From Hemiscyllium ocellatum (taxonomy: Eukaryota): a stretch of DNA of 64,000 bases. A model generated the notes under the pieces. It was not told the origin of the DNA. It made no database searches and saw only the letters and a program-made list of their open reading frames with translations. Position 1 is the first letter of the stretch; every line of letters begins with the position of its first letter. Below, piece after piece: positions 62,440 to 64,000 of this stretch. The position numbers were made by a program, and so were the translations under genes. The stretch spans positions 4,252,117-4,316,116 of the forward strand of contig NC_083410.1 in the NCBI RefSeq assembly GCF_020745735.1, written 5' to 3'.

Positions 62440-62825
62440 CCTGAACAATCTATTAAGACCCTGCTAAACAGTTCTTCAAAAGCTGTGATCAGAATTAAAG
62501 GTGAAGCTTTAATTGAGGGTTGGGTATCCCCCAAGTCCTGACATGGACCAGCCTGTCTGGTAAAATATAAGATCTTTATGTAATCCTGAATAATAAAAAT
62601 GTTTTAATATTTTCAATTGTGTGTTCCTCATCCATAAATGACCTGTCATTGAAATTTCATGAGCTAGATAGTACAATTTTATTCTGGCCCTCAGATGGAG
62701 TGACCACCTGATGGACCACTGTCCATTTCTCATCACCTGGCATCTGGGATGGTCTCTATTTTCTCACTCATACTTTTTCTTTCAAATAATAACATTCAGA
62801 GACTGTTTCTGATTCCATTTCTGAG
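62440..62825 (-). mobile_element. Gypsy fragment homologous to 11800-12200
   Basis: Minus strand cctcagaaatggaatcagaaacagtctctgaatgttattatttgaaag... continues to FYYSGLHKDL (62509-62736). Confidence 0.75.
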
Positions 62826-63385
62826 GATAAAAACTGAAATTGCTGGAAAATCTCAGCAAATCTGGTAGCATCGATGCAGAGAAATCAAAATTAATATTGC
62901 AGGCCCAATGACCCTTGTACAGAACAAATGGCAATGAGGAAAATAATGGCTTTTATATAGAAGGTGGGGTGGGGAGGATGGTGAAAATAAACAATTGATG
63001 GAGATAGTGCCCAGTGTGAGAAAAAAGCTGTTGAACAGACAAAGGTGTAGTTAATGGCCAGTCTGGGGGAATGAGCAGCTGCAGATGGGGAATTAGTGAT
63101 TGACATTAATGTATGGTAGCTGCCTGGGTGTGTGGGGGAGGGGGAAAGGTGCTCAGTCTCTAAAATTGTTGAACTCGATATTAATTTCAGAAGGCTGCAG
63201 GGTAACCAATTGGAAAATGAGGTGCTGTTGTTCCAGCTTGCGCTGAGCTTCACGAGAACACTGCAGCAAGACTGAGACAGAGATGTTGGCCAGGGAACAC
63301 GATGGTGTGTTGGAGTGGCAAGCACCTGGGAGCTTTTTTGCGTACAGAATGGAGGTGTTCTGAGAAGGGGTCACCCAGTCTGTGT
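62826..63385 (-). mobile_element. Penelope-like 3' fragment (GIY-YIG C-terminus and 3' end)
   Basis: QCSREAQRKLEQQHLIFQLVTLQPSEINIEFNNFR (63153-63374), then a 3' UTR with a heavily decayed hammerhead-like motif near 62900. Confidence 0.85.
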
Positions 63386-63419
63386 TTCATTTACTAACTG
63401 AAGAGGATACTACATTGTG

Positions 63420-63800
63420 AGCAGTGAATACAGTTTGTCTCATCACAGAATACTCAGAGGCCTGGATAGAATGGACATGGACAAGATGTTAGTTGGAGAG
63501 AGTAGGATCCAGGGCACAGCCTTACAGTGAAGGGATGATCAATTACAGCTGAGATGAAGAGGAATTTCTTCAGACAAAAGATGGTAAATCTGTGGAACTC
63601 ATTGCTGCAGAGAGTTGTAGAGGCTAAGTCATTGAGTCTATTTAAGACAGGGTTCTGATGAGCAAATGGATCAAGGGTTATGGGGAGAGAGCAGGACAAT
63701 GGGATTGAAACATACCAGCCATGATGGAATGGCAGAGCAGACCTGATGGGCTGAATGGCCTAATTCTGCTCCTATATCCATGACCTTATGGTCTATAATA
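63420..63800 (+). mobile_element. CR1-like 3' fragment
   Basis: RRNFFRQKMVNLWNSLLQRVVEA, tail gggctgaatggcctaattctgctcct. Confidence 0.85.
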
Positions 63801-63935
63801 TCATGGTTAGTTTGAATAATTAATCCCTTTGGTTCACTCTGATACACTTACCATCTGTCCTTTCTCATTAACTCTAAATTGGAATTCTCCAGAAAGTTCA
63901 AATCAGTTTTAATTTATTCACGTTTTCTCTTAAAG

Positions 63936-64000
63936 GTTCAAATGTCGCAGTCCTTCACCAGTGTCCGTTTCTGGAATGCGTCACCAAGGATCACACTGCC
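63936..64000 (+). CDS. 5' start of the next VJ-family exon (runs off window)
   Basis: ttttctcttaaAG|GT TCA AAT..., reading SNVAVLHQCPFLECVTKDHTA. Aligns with SNPVILLQAPSLKHVIEGHTA (8325). Open as far as visible. Confidence 0.8.

Overview
Vertebrate genomic DNA, almost certainly a cartilaginous fish (shark). This is inferred from HE1-type V-SINEs, HER1/CR1 LINEs and shark-type Penelope ends. There is no prokaryotic content. Four main things are present. (1) A large imperfect palindrome: left arm 1-18433, spacer about 2.25 kb, right arm 20686-38832; it may extend beyond the window start. The arms are near-identical at the outer ~1.5 kb and inner ~1.1 kb and visibly more diverged in between. (2) A family of germline-joined (non-rearranging) VJ-type immunoglobulin exons with a very short CDR3. 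Each arm holds three decayed exons plus one J-end remnant. One fully intact exon lies at 61785-62129 and another starts at 63936. (3) A decayed TCR-alpha-like J segment with an RSS relic in each arm. (4) A dense TE landscape: CR1/HER1 fragments, HE1 SINEs, a Gmr1-type Gypsy element (PR-INT-RT-RH order), an R2-like fragment outside rDNA, a solo LTR, and many Penelope-derived short elements carrying minimal hammerhead-ribozyme motifs, some forming ~200-bp hairpins. TE boundaries are approximate and were read by eye. No database searches were run.
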